The notes under the pieces were generated by a model that saw only the letters and a list, made by a program, of their open reading frames with translations, did not search any database and was not told where the DNA came from. Positions 13,428 through 27,795 of a DNA stretch of 64,000 bases are shown one piece after another. The position numbers and the translations under genes are program-made. Location: the NCBI RefSeq assembly GCF_006345805.1, contig NC_043003.1:66464001-66528000 (forward strand), written 5' to 3'. Positions within the stretch are counted from its first letter, which is position 1, and every line of letters begins with the position of its first letter. Origin of the DNA: Octopus sinensis. Taxonomy: Eukaryota.

Positions 13428-15034
13428 ACAGCGTTTACGCAGAACCATGGACGCTCAGACATATAAAACATACTGATACACACTGTAAAGGGAAGGCTCG
13501 AAGTGATTGTAATTAATGTATGGGTCTAATGGAATGATTTTAATTGAAATCGATTAAAATGTCTGACGAATGTAATATAGTTCGGCGTCTCGTTTTCATT
13601 AAATCTGTTAATGAAAAAAAAATCAAATTTCAAAATAGCAAAACATCTAACTATTTCAGCCCTTCTAGCCAATTTAATATTCTCTCTCTCTCTCTCACTC
13701 ACTCTCTCTCTCTCATTGTCTTATCCGATATTCATCGATACATACATGCATACATATATATGTCTGTTTGATTATGTGTATGTATACACACACACACACA
13801 CATAACAGGCTTTACATATTTATTTAGGCATCGCAGACTTACGGTCGTTTCACATATTAATTATAGGTGCGCTCATAGCTCTTTTTACTGAATCGGTTAA
13901 CTGACCAAATGAATAGATTGAACGATCTTAACAAATACTATCGTGTTCAGAGTCCACGCACCAAGTAACAAAATACACGAAAGCGAAGTATATAACGGAT
14001 CTGTATTTATTTCCTTTCTCGTATATGACTGTGGAAACATACCATATTGACTGGGAAATCCAGCTCTAGATTTATAAAGTCGACTGGTTATGGAGTTCGA
14101 CTTCGGATCTTCCCTGAGGATTACCTGGAGATTTAAACTAATCTGAAAACCTCAACCCTGAGCTAAAACCAGTAAAATGTTAAAATGTAACAGATAAATA
14201 CATATAATATATATATACATAAGAATATATATAAATACATATTTAAAAACGTATATGAATAAGGACAGTAAAAGCAAAACAGTAAAAACGAACGGTGAGG
14301 AATGTTAAGCCATAACGATATGAAGTAGTGAACCCTGGAGACACGAGCTTTGAGAAGAGACAACCAAAAGAGGAGAGTGAGAGAGAGAGGTGAAGGGGAG
14401 AGGAGAAGAACAGAGAAAGGGTGGGAGCGAAAAACAGAAAGGAAAGACAAGAGAGGGAGATAGATAGAATTGGTGCGCATCGGAATTATTAAAATAAAAC
14501 TTTCTTGGAAATAGATGCGCGTGGCGTTCGATCATATACTAATATAAATAATATATAAATATATGCTACGTCCTGTACCCATATATATGAGTCGATCAAA
14601 AAATCTGGAATCTCTAACTTCTGCCAGCTTTCTCTCAAAATCTTCGACACGTCGAATAATCAATGACATATAGAAATAATAACAGGATGCATAAAAAAAA
14701 ACTACAGAACTATTACATACATATAATGGGGACACATAGAGGTGGGACACTACTTTTGGCCCAACCTGTATACATACATGTAAATATATATATATATATA
14801 TATATATATACTTCTACAATAAGGATACATTTTTTCAAAAACAAAATTCTATCAATGGACAGCATATTGAAATGCCTTCAATGTGAAAATATAAACAATT
14901 ATAGGGGCAAAATAAACGAATTTTCCCATGCCAATATGCTGAGAAATAGACCTTAAATATTTTTCACTATAAAACACGGCGTGCTGAATCAAAGAAAGCA
15001 AACTAACAGAAATCTCAGCATATTGGCATATATA

Positions 15035-15106
<72 letters not shown>

Positions 15107-15249
15107 ATATCAGCAAACAATACTCATAACAGATACGCACACTCTTATAAATACTAGCAGAGACACATACACCGCACGTAAGCGCAGACACGAACACAAG
15201 CACGCGCATGTACATTACGCCCACAAAACTCCACCCCTCCACGCATACA

Positions 15250-16560
15250 TTCACACACACACACACATACATACGTACACACACATAATACATACATTCA
15301 TACATGCATACATATACACACACATACACACACATACATACATACACACATACATACACACACACTTACATACACACATACACACACATACACACATACA
15401 CACATACACAGATACATACATACATACACACACGCATACATACACACATACATACATACGTACAGAGATACATACATACATACACATACATATACATACA
15501 TACATACACACACACCATAAACACATACACGCATGCACACATACATACATACACACGCATACTTACACACATACACACATACATACACACATACACACAT
15601 ACACACACATACATACATACATACACAAATACATACATACACACACACATACACACACACACACACATACATACATACATACATACCTACATACATACAT
15701 ACGTGCATATGAGTTGGCTTATTGCAGGCGTGCGTCAGCGTATGTGTGTGTGCCTGTGGATTCACATACTACCACACCATTTTTTTTCCATTAATTTTTC
15801 AATTATAAAGCGTAGGCTTGCATACATATATATACACACATATAAACATATAAACACACATATAAACCTCTACATTTGTACACACACGTACATATATACA
15901 TATATTCACTCGCACGCACGTACACACACACGCACACACACACATACATTTACATATATATACTATACACGCACACACACATACACACGTACTAACACAC
16001 ACAAATTCACATACACACCGACACATATACATACACACAATATATACCTACCCGCGCACGCACACATACACATACGTACACACACACACATAAAAACGCA
16101 CACATACACGCACACACAACTACACGCACATACATACATACACACACACACAAATGAACTCACACATACATCCCATACACACACACACACGCACGTACAA
16201 GCACACACGCACGTACAAGCACACACGCACACATACACTAAGTTAAGCACAGTTACTCGCCACACACCCAAACTCTACGCATACACACACGAACACACAC
16301 ACACACACACACACTACAAACAAAACACACACGATACATGTACATACACGCACACACACATACCTCTTTGTTTTTGACCAGTGCTGGACACAAAAATCAC
16401 CACTCCTTATTCTTACAAACCGGCCTGCTACTGCCTGTTGTTCGCCATACACACATACGTACACACACGCACCCCCCCCCCCACACACACACGTGTCATC
16501 ATTGCACACATACACACACGCGCGCATCCGCACGCACACACCCACACACATTCCTTATCC
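15250..16560. repeat. ~1.3-kb compound (CA)/(CATA) microsatellite
   Basis: Read directly from the sequence; source of the 357-aa HT/YI ORF artefact. Confidence 0.95.
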
Positions 16561-16710
16561 TTACCATACTGTCTTTGAAACTCTCCTGTCTTTAAAAATC
16601 TTGATTCGTCTACATTTCAACTTCCGTTCTTTCAACATGTGACCTCGTGAGCACCGCCAGCAATTTTTTTTTCCTCTGTCTTCCCTTCTCGGGATCTTTC
16701 CTTCTCCTTT

Positions 16711-16745
16711 GTTTCCGACGAAGAGCTCCGCTCGAAACGTTAAGC
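16711..16745 (+). ncRNA. Minimal hammerhead motif with U4C core mutation in a PLE-type terminus (~16590-16846)
   Basis: GUUU-CCGACGA-A-GAGC-UCC-GCUC-GAAAC-GUU-AAGC. The tail ends at (TA)n at ~16846. Confidence 0.65.
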
Positions 16746-17170
16746 CCTCCTTCCCTTCTTTCCTGAGCGTCCAATAATACTTTATTTGTCCCACGTCCTC
16801 GCGTCGCTGTGTTTTTTTGTGTTTTCTTGTTTGGATTAACTAAATATATATATATATATATATACATACATATATACGACGGGCTTCTTCAGTTTCCGTC
16901 TACCAAATTCACTTATAAGACTTTGGTCGGCCCGAGGCTATAGTACAAAACATTTGTCCAAAGTGCCACGCAGGGGGAGTGAACTTGGAACCATGTGGTT
17001 CGGAAATAAGCTTCTTACCACACTGTCACTCCTGCGCCTTTATATATATATATTTATAATTTATATAATTAGAAAATAGCGAAAACTTTAGATCAACAAA
17101 CAAACCAATTGGACAACATGTGTTGATTATTTTTAATACAAAACATGACATAACATTTCAGTGACAATAC

Positions 17171-17290
17171 AATTCTTACGACCGTTTCTGCTTCCGATGT
17201 CAATCGCTGCCAACGAAGAAACTACAAAAATAATATTCTTCATCTTCATAGGATATTCGAACGAGTACATGGAGCTTCATCAGGGTGAAT
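17171..17290 (-). ncRNA. Degenerate long-stem-II hammerhead motif
   Basis: Minus strand reads CUGAUGA-AGCUCCAUG...CAUCGGAAGCA-GAAAC-GGUC-GUA-AGAAU. The core is intact but stem I pairs poorly. Confidence 0.5.
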
Positions 17291-17874
17291 ACAAAGTCTT
17301 TCAAAAACAAAGGAAGGGAAGACGGAATGAGAAATGGTCTAGAGAGGCCAGGAGGCTTAATATGTTAAATCATATAATCTTCAGTGGTAGGGCTTCGAAG
17401 TCAATAGGCAAAAGCGTAATCTAGCAGTGGTTTATGGTAATATTTACGATTATTTCTATATAAAGGAGAACCAGATGTTTTAAGAGGTCTTGGGTCAACA
17501 GGTTTTGGGGATCTGATGATATGCCAAAAACTTAAACCCTTTATGGGCGGGAGACGTAAAGTAATCCCATAAACCTGCCTTCCCTATTTCTAATATATAC
17601 TGCCCTACATCATAGAATGTGCTTCTTTCGGATTTCTATATATATGATTATTTTGCATATACATGTATACAAACATATATACGTAGATATGGATATAATA
17701 TAATATATATATATATATATATATAATATATATGATATTATACATATATATATATATACTATATATAGATATAATATATACATATATAGTATATATATTA
17801 TATTTTATGTGTGTGTGTATGTGTGTTTATGTATGCATGTATCCATTAAGTTACACTGATAGATAGTTAGATAA

Positions 17875-17964
<90 letters not shown>

Positions 17965-18419
17965 TATCTAATTTGCATGTAGCCGTCCGAAATTACACGT
18001 GTAGGCGGATGAGTATTTTCACATGCATACGGTATTTCGAAATTAAATATATACTCGTAGTTTATAAATTATATACCTATGTGTTTGTGTACATTTCTAT
18101 ATCAATAATTTCCTTCACCCTGTCTCTTACTCTCTCTCACTCTTACGTTCCTCCACTACCCCTCTCCGTCTCTGCACACCCATACACACACATTCATATA
18201 TATGTATGCACATACAGAACAATATATAGATACATATATATGCAAACATTACATACGCACACACATATACATATATACATATGTCTGTGTGCACACACTC
18301 TCATATGGATCACACGCATACATCCACAATACACATGTATACTAACATAAATGTTAGTACACACATACATATATATACATACATGCATACATGCACGCAA
18401 ATGTATGTATGTATGTATG

Positions 18420-18505
<86 letters not shown>

Positions 18506-19301
18506 ACAATAATATGCACTCATACATAGATCACACACGCAAACATACTCTCACGTGCGCATGCTCACAATCAGACAAAAATATGGCTGTTTACTCTAAT
18601 TGCTCTTCATAACCGTTGTTTAAAATTGTCCCCCTCTTCTCTGCACCGCAGACAAGCATTTCAGCAAAATTGGTGTAAAAAGAAAAAGAAAGAAAGAAAG
18701 AATGCAACAACGATGACAGACAATTTCAATAAATATTCTCAATTAATTCGGGACAAATTTTACTCAATGGAAGCCAAAAATTAAATAAAAATAAACAGTT
18801 TCAATAGAATTTTAAATAGACACTTGAAGGCATTATTTTTATCCGTTCTGTAAATATTTCTGTCAGCCAATCTTCTTGTGCTAATTATCTAAATATATAA
18901 TTTTTGAGTAATATCAACTCAAGAAAAACATAAGTTAATTAAATAACAAAGACGAAAGAAAAGACTAGGAAAATACAAAAAATTAGATAAATAAATAATG
19001 AAAAATACATGAATAAATATACATATACATATACATACATATATATATATTATATATGTGCGTACATGTGCGCATGTGTGTACAATCCATAAACAAACAT
19101 GTTAAAAACAACAATATTAGAAGTAAAAAATTACTATCAGGGAAATTTTCGATAGACGGAAGTTGTAAATTTTTTTTTTTTATATTGTTTTGAAGAATTT
19201 CGATGCGTATTTATGTAAATGGATGTCGAAAATTTCGACAAATAATGTTTTCAGTTCAATTCTTACCCAGAACTTGACTCTGTTACGTATGTTTCAGTTT
19301 A

Positions 19302-19397
<96 letters not shown>

Positions 19398-19592
19398 TGT
19401 GTGTGTGTGTCTGTGTATGTGTGTGTAATATAGAACAATGTAGATAAGTGGTCAGTGCCACATTGGTGGCTAAAAATTCTTTCCTTATGAGTAAGTCTAC
19501 CATTAGTCTCATGGCAAAAGGAATATCTTAACAATTATCAAACCTTCCACGTGGAACATCGGTGTTCATCTCCATCATGGATTACGTATACA

Positions 19593-19697
<105 letters not shown>

Positions 19698-19770
19698 CGG
19701 GTTGTGAGAGGTATTTAAAATCATATTTAGTAATTGCTAAATGATTTTAAATCAAGCAAATAACACGATA

Positions 19771-20040
19771 CAATAATCCCTCGCCATATCGTGGTTCATC
19801 TATCGCAGTTCACCTATCGCGGTTTATTATTTAAGCTTGAGTTGGAAGAATCGTAGCAATCTGAGCAAAATGTTTAGCGACATTTCTCCCGTCATTACAT
19901 TCTGAGTTCCTCCGTGGTGTTGTTTTGCATCTATAATACAATTAATATAGGCAAATTATAAAAATAATAAAGAATATATTTACAGTACAGCACTGTTTAT
20001 ACTTCGCGGATTTTCATCTATCGCGATATTTTTGGAACAT
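19771..20040. mobile_element. pogo/Tigger-like MITE remnant (a matching right end lies at 26465-26548)
   Basis: TA-CAATAATCCCTCG...TATCGCGG left terminus and ttcgcggattttcatctatcgcg sub-terminus. 26465-26548 ends in tcgagggattact. Confidence 0.55.
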
Positions 20041-20320
20041 GTCTCGATAATCTTTCTTAAAAGATTAGTCTATGAATCCGCGAAATGCTCCTTATTCATT
20101 TTGGACTTCACCCCGACTGTGGAGGCCTTCAATAGATCTGTAATACTGTGAAAATGTCAGTTAGTCTCCTTTTCAACAACGCTCCACATATAGCTTTCCA
20201 TAGAATCAGGCGAGTTTGGTGGCCTCAAATTATATATTACGTGATCGTAAATATTGCCTGACATGAATTCTTGGTACACGCCTGCTTTCTAAGGTGCTGA
20301 GTCACGCATTAAATGTTCTG
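20040..20320 (-). mobile_element. Tc1/mariner transposase C-terminal pseudogene fragment
   Basis: Minus-strand translation, with frameshifts, gives DSAP, PPNSPD and MESYMWSVVEKETN, matching the WPPNSPDLNP motif region. Confidence 0.75.
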
Positions 20321-21824
20321 GTGTACCGCACTTCTGATAGTCAACTCCAACACTTGAAGTTCTTTGGCTGTAATCCTCGTTGATTCTCATCAATAATGTG
20401 TGAAGTCGTTTCTTAAATTGCAATGTTCTTATAGTGCCCGAAAGTTAAGAATGTTTTTTCTTAATCTCTGCGATTTAATTGAGATTTAGTAGCTATTTCT
20501 AGCAGGTTTCATCCGATAATTTTGAGGCTTCTTCTTTTATAGATCAAGTTAACATACATAAGCAGTAATAACAGTGATTGCCCGAACGTTACTCTTTTCC
20601 TTTCTCCCTCATTAAAAACGAATCATTTTGGTGTCCAGTACAGAAGAAATGCTGTGATCGGTCTTATGAATTGTAGGGCTCAAGAAATACTAAGCGTTAT
20701 ATGAGTAGAATTTAGACTAGTTGAAATATTGTGACATATTTCAACTGCTAAAAGGCAAATACACTGAGTTTACCGTGGAGAATAATTCTCTGTTATGGTA
20801 AGATGGTGTGAAAACACCAGTTCGTTCAGTGACGCCTTCTGTTAGGAATATCAGACATTGATGCTTCGAGCTATATTGGCTTTCATCAATGAGATGTCCC
20901 TGAGAGAGGTAACTCCGAACGAACTTAGAAAGCTGTAGCTTTATGTATAATCCAGTCAATACACTGACTGATTTGCGCTAGTAGATATCCCGACCGAGGT
21001 AAACAAGTGTTATATGCTTTAAGCTTAAAATTGAAATTTGATAAAATTGAATTAAAAAAAACATTTTTTTTGCACTACCATTCCCATAATTCCAACGATA
21101 AAATGGTTCTAGTAATGCACTAGATTAATCCTTTCTTAGACTACTATGCGAAATTCACAAGAGTTTATGTGGCAATAAAATTTACATCACCGCATCGCTT
21201 CGGTACAAGCTTTTATCTCGTTTTACAGTTTCAACCAAATACCCACTCCCGTTGAAACTATCATAGGGTGCATATATCAATACCTATTCGAAATAATGTC
21301 GTAATAATCGCAATAATTCACCGTTGTTATTTTCAGAATCTAATCAAACGTATACATCCTTTATAGTGTTCTCTATATATTTAAAGCAAACTGTAAATCT
21401 AAAGCTTATTTATACTATCAATGTAAACATTTGGCCTGAATCGTCATCCTCTAGATAATACAATTTGTTGAGCAAAATGTTCTAGACTAAACAATGTTCA
21501 TTGACAGGATTACAGAAGATTTTTTTTATTATGTATTTTTTTCTTTTTCTTTTGTTCTTTGTATGAAAAGCTTAACTGTGACCATATGTAGCTATATTCT
21601 CTAAGGTATTGGGCTGGCGGAATCGTTAACACGCCGAATGAAATATTTAGTCACATTTCCTCCGCTTTTACTTTCTGAGTTCAAATTTTACCCATTTCAT
21701 CCTTTCGGGGTCGATGTGAAACAAGTCAAGCATTTGAGTCGACGACCTGACAAACGCCTTTCCCCTAATTTTCAGGCATTGTACGCTTATAGAAGGAAGA
21801 ATTATGATAATTATTATTATTATT

Positions 21825-22997
21825 GAGTGAGAGAGCAGTGCATGCCATCGAAGTCACACTGGGGTAAAATATGCGAAGCCCAGTATACACATCATGAATA
21901 CCTATCTGATAAGGGTACACCAGGCACATGCATCACAACAATATGTGCGCGACATGGTGATCTCATATCAAGATAAACAGCGCATGACCTTGCAGGTGGG
22001 GCCCAGTTAGAATTTTCTTTTGGTCGAGTAACCCATCCCGCTCAAAAGATCCCTGAATAAGGGTTGTTTAAGGATATTGAACGAAACACCCATGTTTCCA
22101 GAGGTGAATTATTCAAACCCCAAAGAATTCCTCTCAACACCTGGCTATGCTCCTCCACTAATTCTGCTCATGATCAGCGATGCACATATCGTCAGCCACT
22201 AAGGGACATGCTCATCTGGTTAAGGTCAAACAACTGACAAGCAAATCTGTGGTATTGAGCAGAATATTTGCTATAGCCCATATTTTATAGCAAGACAAAA
22301 CAGTGTACATAACACTTCCAATCAGTTTAGATCTGAAGCCACGAGAGCCACTGCCTGGTACTGCATCAGGGCATTATTATTATTATTATTATATTATTAT
22401 TATTATTATATTATATTATTATTATTATTATTATATATTATTATTATTATTGAGTGAGAGAGCAGTGCATGCCATCGAAGTCACACTGGGGTAAAATATG
22501 CGAAGCCCAGTATACACATCATGAATACCTATCTGATAAGGGTACACCAGGCACATGCATCACAACAATATGTGCGCGACATGGTGATCTCATATCAAGA
22601 TAAACAGCGCATGACCTTGCAGGTGGGGCCCAGTTAGAATTTTCTTTTGGTCGAGTAACCCATCCCGCTCAAAAGATCCCTGAATAAGGGTTGTTTAAGG
22701 ATATTGAACGAAACACCCATGTTTCCAGAGGTGAATTATTCAAACCCAAAGAATTCCTCTCAACACCTGGCTATGCTCCTCCACTAATTCTGCTCATGAT
22801 CAGCGATGCACATATCGTCAGCCACTAAGGGACATGCTCATCTGGTTAAGGTCAAACAACTGACAAGCAAATCTGTGGTATTGAGCAGAATATTTGCTAT
22901 AGCCCATATTTTATAGCAAGACAAAACAGTGTACATAACACTTCCAATCAGTTTAGATCTGAAGCCACGAGAGCCACTGCCTGGTACTGCATCAGGG

Positions 22998-22998
<1 letters not shown>
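21825..22998. repeat. Tandem duplication of a ~548-bp non-coding repeat element (21825-22372 and 22452-22998), each copy bounded by (TAT)n
   Basis: The two copies are identical except for one C in a homopolymer run (aaaccccaaag vs aaacccaaag). Confidence 0.9.
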
Positions 22999-23069
<71 letters not shown>

Positions 23070-23070
<1 letters not shown>

Positions 23071-23212
23071 GCCTTTGCACAGCTTCTAACACTGGAAATG
23101 TCCTGCGGTGTCATCTGTTCACTACCAGTGAACTAAGGTAACATCCCTTATTTTTTGAGCACCTTCCGGAGTATTCGACCAGTTCCAAGCAGGGCTGTTT
23201 TCTGCATAATGT

Positions 23213-23215
<3 letters not shown>
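23070..23215 (-). mobile_element. 3' end of an R4/Dong-type RLE non-LTR retrotransposon in (TAA)n
   Basis: Minus strand encodes MQKTALLGTGRILRKVL, the typical C-terminal QK-LLGT-RILR motif. A short 3' UTR follows and (TAA)n lies on both sides. Confidence 0.7.
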
Positions 23216-23260
<45 letters not shown>

Positions 23261-23310
23261 TTATTATTATTATTATTTTATATTATTATTATTATTATTA
23301 TTATTATTAT

Positions 23311-23525
23311 GGTAGTGAGCTGGGGGAATCGTTAGGACGCCGGGCAAAATGCTTAGTGACATTTCGTTCGTCTTTATTCGCTGAGGTCAAATTTAGCAGA
23401 CATTGATTTTGCCTTTCATCCTTTCGGAATCGATAAAACAAGTACCAGTCGAGCACTTGCGACGCAATAATTGATTTCCCACTCCCCTCAAAATTGTTCC
23501 TTTTGTTTCAGAAGTAGAAAAGAAT
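23311..23525 (+). mobile_element. SINE family C (other copies 21605-21790 +, 41396-41625 +, 56283-56506 -, 3990-4260 -)
   Basis: ggcggtgagctggcagaa...gagttcaaatt...gcctttcatcctttcggggtcgata core repeated in the window. Confidence 0.8.
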
Positions 23526-26316
23526 ATTTTTCCCAGATGCGATGAGCTGGAAGATTCGGAAGGTCTTACATAGATAGGATATTTATTAGAAAATTCGATA
23601 AAGAAATAGTTATGTGTCCACAATTCCACTTGGTCAGTTACAGTAACCACAAGATGGTAACTTGTAAACTGACCCTAGATAAAATAGAGAGTAAGGGTTT
23701 CGGCTATTGGAAACTCAATAATTCCCTTTTGGCGACTGAGGAGTACAGGAGCGTGATTAAGTTACCTACTATAGAAAGAGGGCGTTGACCGGTTCCATTA
23801 TCAGCAACAAATGGTGGTACGCCTTCAAAAGAGTCATTCAATTCGAGTCTCTAAAGTATAGTATAGGATTAGTGGCTAGAGGAAGCCATGACATCTGCTG
23901 ACGACCCATCCCAGGTGAAGGTGAAGAGACTGGAATTAAACCAGCACCTCGAAGCCAAACACATAGGGTATATCGTCAGAGCTAGACTTCGTGCAATGAG
24001 GAGCGATGGAATCAAGACCATTGGATGGGCACAGGTTGTAAAAGCTCAACGTGGAAATGATTCCATAATTCGATCTGTGGTGAATGCGCAAGGAGATTTG
24101 ATAAACGAACCCGAGGAGATGTGTCGCACCTTTCAGGAGCACTTCGCCCGGCTTTTCGTGGGGAGCGATGTAGAGAGCTGTAAAGGGTCGATCACACCTG
24201 AGGAAGTTATTGAAGCCATAGCGGACTGCGGTGGTGGTAAGGCGCCGGGTCTCGATAGTCTTCCATGCGAGCTATATAAAAGTATGCCAGGCTTGTTTGG
24301 GAACTTACTAGCTAGCGTTTACGCGAACTGGCAGCAGAATGGGTTTATCTACAGATCTGTACGCCGGGGAGTTGTGACGCTGGTTAGGAAGGACCCATAC
24401 AAGGGAGATAATATAGATAATTTCAGGCCCATCACTCTGCTGAGTGATGAAGATTTTGGCCAAAGTGTTAGAAAAAAGATTGACGCGTGTCGCGGATGGT
24501 CTGATCGGAGTGGAACAAACCTGTGTAGTCTCCGGCAGAACCATCCAGGATAATCATCTCATACGCTACACTGTAGAAGGGTATGATAAAAGAAATCTGG
24601 CAAGAGCGGGGCACTGGTCCATTTAGACCAAGCTAAAACATTCGATAGGGTGAACCATCGGTACCTGGTTTCTGTTCTCAACCGGTTCGGACTGGGTCTT
24701 GGTTTTCTCAGATGGTTTATACAGTTGTACGATAACATCGACTCGATCGTTCGGGTGAACAGCTTTTTCGCATAGTCGCTCTGCATCAAACGGTCGGTTC
24801 GCCAAGGGTGTCCGCTCTCCCCGCTTTTATATGTTTTGGCTCTCGAGCCATTACTGCGAAAGATGAGCGGCATCCCGACGAATTCAGGATTTGGAGGATA
24901 GGTTACAGCATACGCGGACGACATCACTATAATCGTGACTAAGATGGAAAACCTACAGCAAGTAGATGAAATCATTAGGGTTTACGAGACGGTGGCAGGA
25001 GCAAATATTAACTGGGAAAAGTCGGTCGGATTGCAACTCGGCACCTGGAGGGGCAAGTCGATGCCTTCGAATAGCGTCGTAGGATGTTGGACGGAGGGAC
25101 CGATTAAGTTGCTAGGAATCTGGGTTGGCCCAGATCTCCAGATAGAAAAGAACTGGTCTGAGGTTTCGAACAAGGTGACCTGCATAGTCAGGATCTGGTC
25201 TTGGCGGTGGCTATCTTTGAAAGGGAGACCGGAGGTGGTCAATGTGTTTTTCGCATCGGTCATCGTTTACCACCTTTCCGTTGTGCCTTGTCCAGATTCG
25301 TGGTTAAACAAGTTGGAGAGGTAGATCTTGCTTTTTGTGGAAGAATTTCGCTCCAGTTGTAAGACGTTCTATCTGCTGTCAAAAGCCGTTAAAGGGTGGG
25401 TTCGGGATGCCTTGCCGCAAGGTGCTTCTCCAGTTCCGCAGCTCGGGCGGCTATGCCAGCGGTTTCAGTACCACCGCAGCTTTCTATAGTAGGTTGGTAG
25501 AGGCTAGAAATGATGATGCCCTGAGAAGGACCCAAGGTCACGATGATAACCAGTTAGACAGCCTGTTCCGCAGAACGCTCGGACCGAAGACACTGGATAA
25601 CTTCAAAAAGTATTTGGCCTGGCAATGTTACCGAGGAGCCCTACTCGTTCGGGATAAACTCATGAGACACGGCCATCCTGGGTCAACGGCCTGTCCAAGA
25701 TGCGGGCAGAGCGTGGAAACCGACCTGCACGCTATTGTTCAGTGTCCGGGTATTTCAAAAGTGTGGTTTTATACGGAACATCTGTTGTCAGATGGGAGAA
25801 GATTACAGCTATCGGCTGAGTCAATTGTAAAAATTAACCCGCCGGATTTCCTGACGGAAGAAGGTAAGAGTTGTTTTCTCGTAGTAGTAGCAATTGCAAG
25901 AGAGTTGATATGGAATTCGAGAATGAAAGGTATCGTGACAAACACCTGCGTCTCCGGCCTCTTTCACTTTTCACTTGAAAAAGAAGGTGGGGCTGGAAAG
26001 GAAGTGTCTGTCAGAGACTGAGTTTAAAAGACATTGGACGCGTGTAGCACGCGTTTGGGGAGTGAAAGGCCTGCGTGAGCACGCTTGTGAGACTAACAAT
26101 ATGTAGGTGCAAAAGACAAGGATCGTGGGGTCGGAGCATACCTGTTTCGAACACCTCATCTTGTAAGTTATTGTTTGTAATTTGTTGTTTGTAATCTATT
26201 TTTGTAATTCCTTCGATTTCATTATGCACGTAAATTTTTATTATATCATTCGTTTGTATGTGACCCCGATCATGTTGTGTTGTCCCCTCTATGTTGGCCT
26301 GCATGGGTAGTAAAAA
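23525..26316 (+). mobile_element. 5'-truncated, frameshifted Tx1/L1-clade LINE (ORF2: APE C-terminus, RT, CCHC zinc finger)
   Basis: Motifs YIDRIF...SNH and GYWKLNNSLL (endonuclease end), KAPGLD, NFRPITLL, LDQAKTFDRV, QGCPLSPLLY, AYADD (24911-24922) and CPRC...H...C, followed by a 3' UTR. Confidence 0.92.
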
Positions 26317-27230
26317 CACAGATCCCAATATTTAATCAGTTCGTGCCAGTCGCAGGGCTAAACTGAAATGTTTTGTCCGGATACATCCAGCGGTTAAAAC
26401 AACAAACTCGAACAAACACGACTGAAAACATTACCTCCACCTTAGAGAAGGCGGATGTAATAAATATACAGTACAGTATTGTTTCTACTTTCACCTATCG
26501 CGGGGGCGGGGATTGGAACGTAACACTCGCAATAATCGAGGGATTACTTCATGTATGAACGTTTTGCATTGCTTATATTTTACCGTTTGTTTGTGTGTTT
26601 GCGAGTGTTTACTCTTCTATGAAGGCGCGTGGCTTAGTGGTGTGGGTATTCGGCTCATGAACGTTAGGTTATGAGTTCGATTCCCGGCAGCGCGCTGTGT
26701 TCTTAAGCTAGAAACTTTATCTCACTTATTTACGCTCAGCTGACAAAAATAAATTGTACCTGTATTTCAAAGGACCGTCCCTGTCACACTCTGTGTTACG
26801 TTGAATTCCCCTTAGAACTATATTAAAGGTACACGTGCCTGTGGAGATCTCAATTACATTCACGTTAATTTCACAAGCAGGCCGTTCCGTTGTCGTCGTA
26901 ACCGACGGAGTGCCATTTGTTATTCCGCATGTGTTTACGCTTTGTGTGTGATTATGTGTGTACATAAATGTAGAGAATATATTTGTACTTTAGTTTACGT
27001 TTGTCAGAGTGAGCAATGGGCGTTATTATATTTTAGCACTTTTCATTCTTTATTTCCCAAACTAAACAACACTTCTAGTCAAAATTCTTAACAAAGACGG
27101 TGCGGATGTTTTCTATGTCTAGCAGAGATACATTTTATGTCCAATACCATTGCTGCTAAGAGAAGCAATTATTGTTTCAATTTCTTTCTCTTTTTTTCTT
27201 TTCCACCTACTTATTTTTTTATTTTTTCAG

Positions 27231-27284
27231 AAAATGGCTGAGAAGAAAAAGAAGTGGTTAAACTCGGCTGACCGAGATGAGAAC
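27231..27284 (+). CDS. Candidate 54-nt exon of an unidentified gene (KMAEKKKKWLNSADRDEN)
   Basis: Very long polypyrimidine tract ending ttttcag, donor AAC|gtatct, a single open frame (phase 0-0) and an aaaATGG start context. Confidence 0.35.
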
Positions 27285-27721
27285 GTATCTCTATTTATGT
27301 TAGCATAACATCAATTGTAATAATAACCTTGATAAACAAGATCTTCAACTTTACAAAGTCCACAACACTCGAAACAGTAAATTGAAGAAAAACTTGAAAC
27401 TTCAGTTGAAAATGAATAAATACATATATGCATGTATGCAGGTCTATATATATGTGTGTGTGTGTGTGCGCACCTGTATATATATATATATAAATATGCG
27501 TACATATGTGTTCGTGTGTATATGTATGTAGGTGTGTATGTGCATGTGTGTATGTTTGTATATATGTGTGTGTGTATGCATGCGTGCGTGTCTATATATG
27601 TATGTATCTGCTTGTATATAATAACATCATGGAGTCGAACGTAAACTGAATTACTTTGTTAACATCGAATTTTTTGTCAAGAGCTTTTATATCTTTATAA
27701 GTTATTCACATTAATGTCCAG

Positions 27722-27795
<74 letters not shown>

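Noticed and set aside
14110-14165. CTGAGGATTA...TAATCTGAAAAC
   Set aside because: The spacing and stem III/NUH do not fit the hammerhead consensus.
22318-22372. Short resemblance to U2 snRNA (atcagttta...ctga; cctggtactgca)
   Set aside because: Two short imperfect matches with the wrong spacing, and no Sm site or U2 5' end.
21825-23070. CRISPR-like or satellite interpretation of the repeated unit
   Set aside because: It is a eukaryotic two-copy 548-bp duplication with no repeat-spacer structure.
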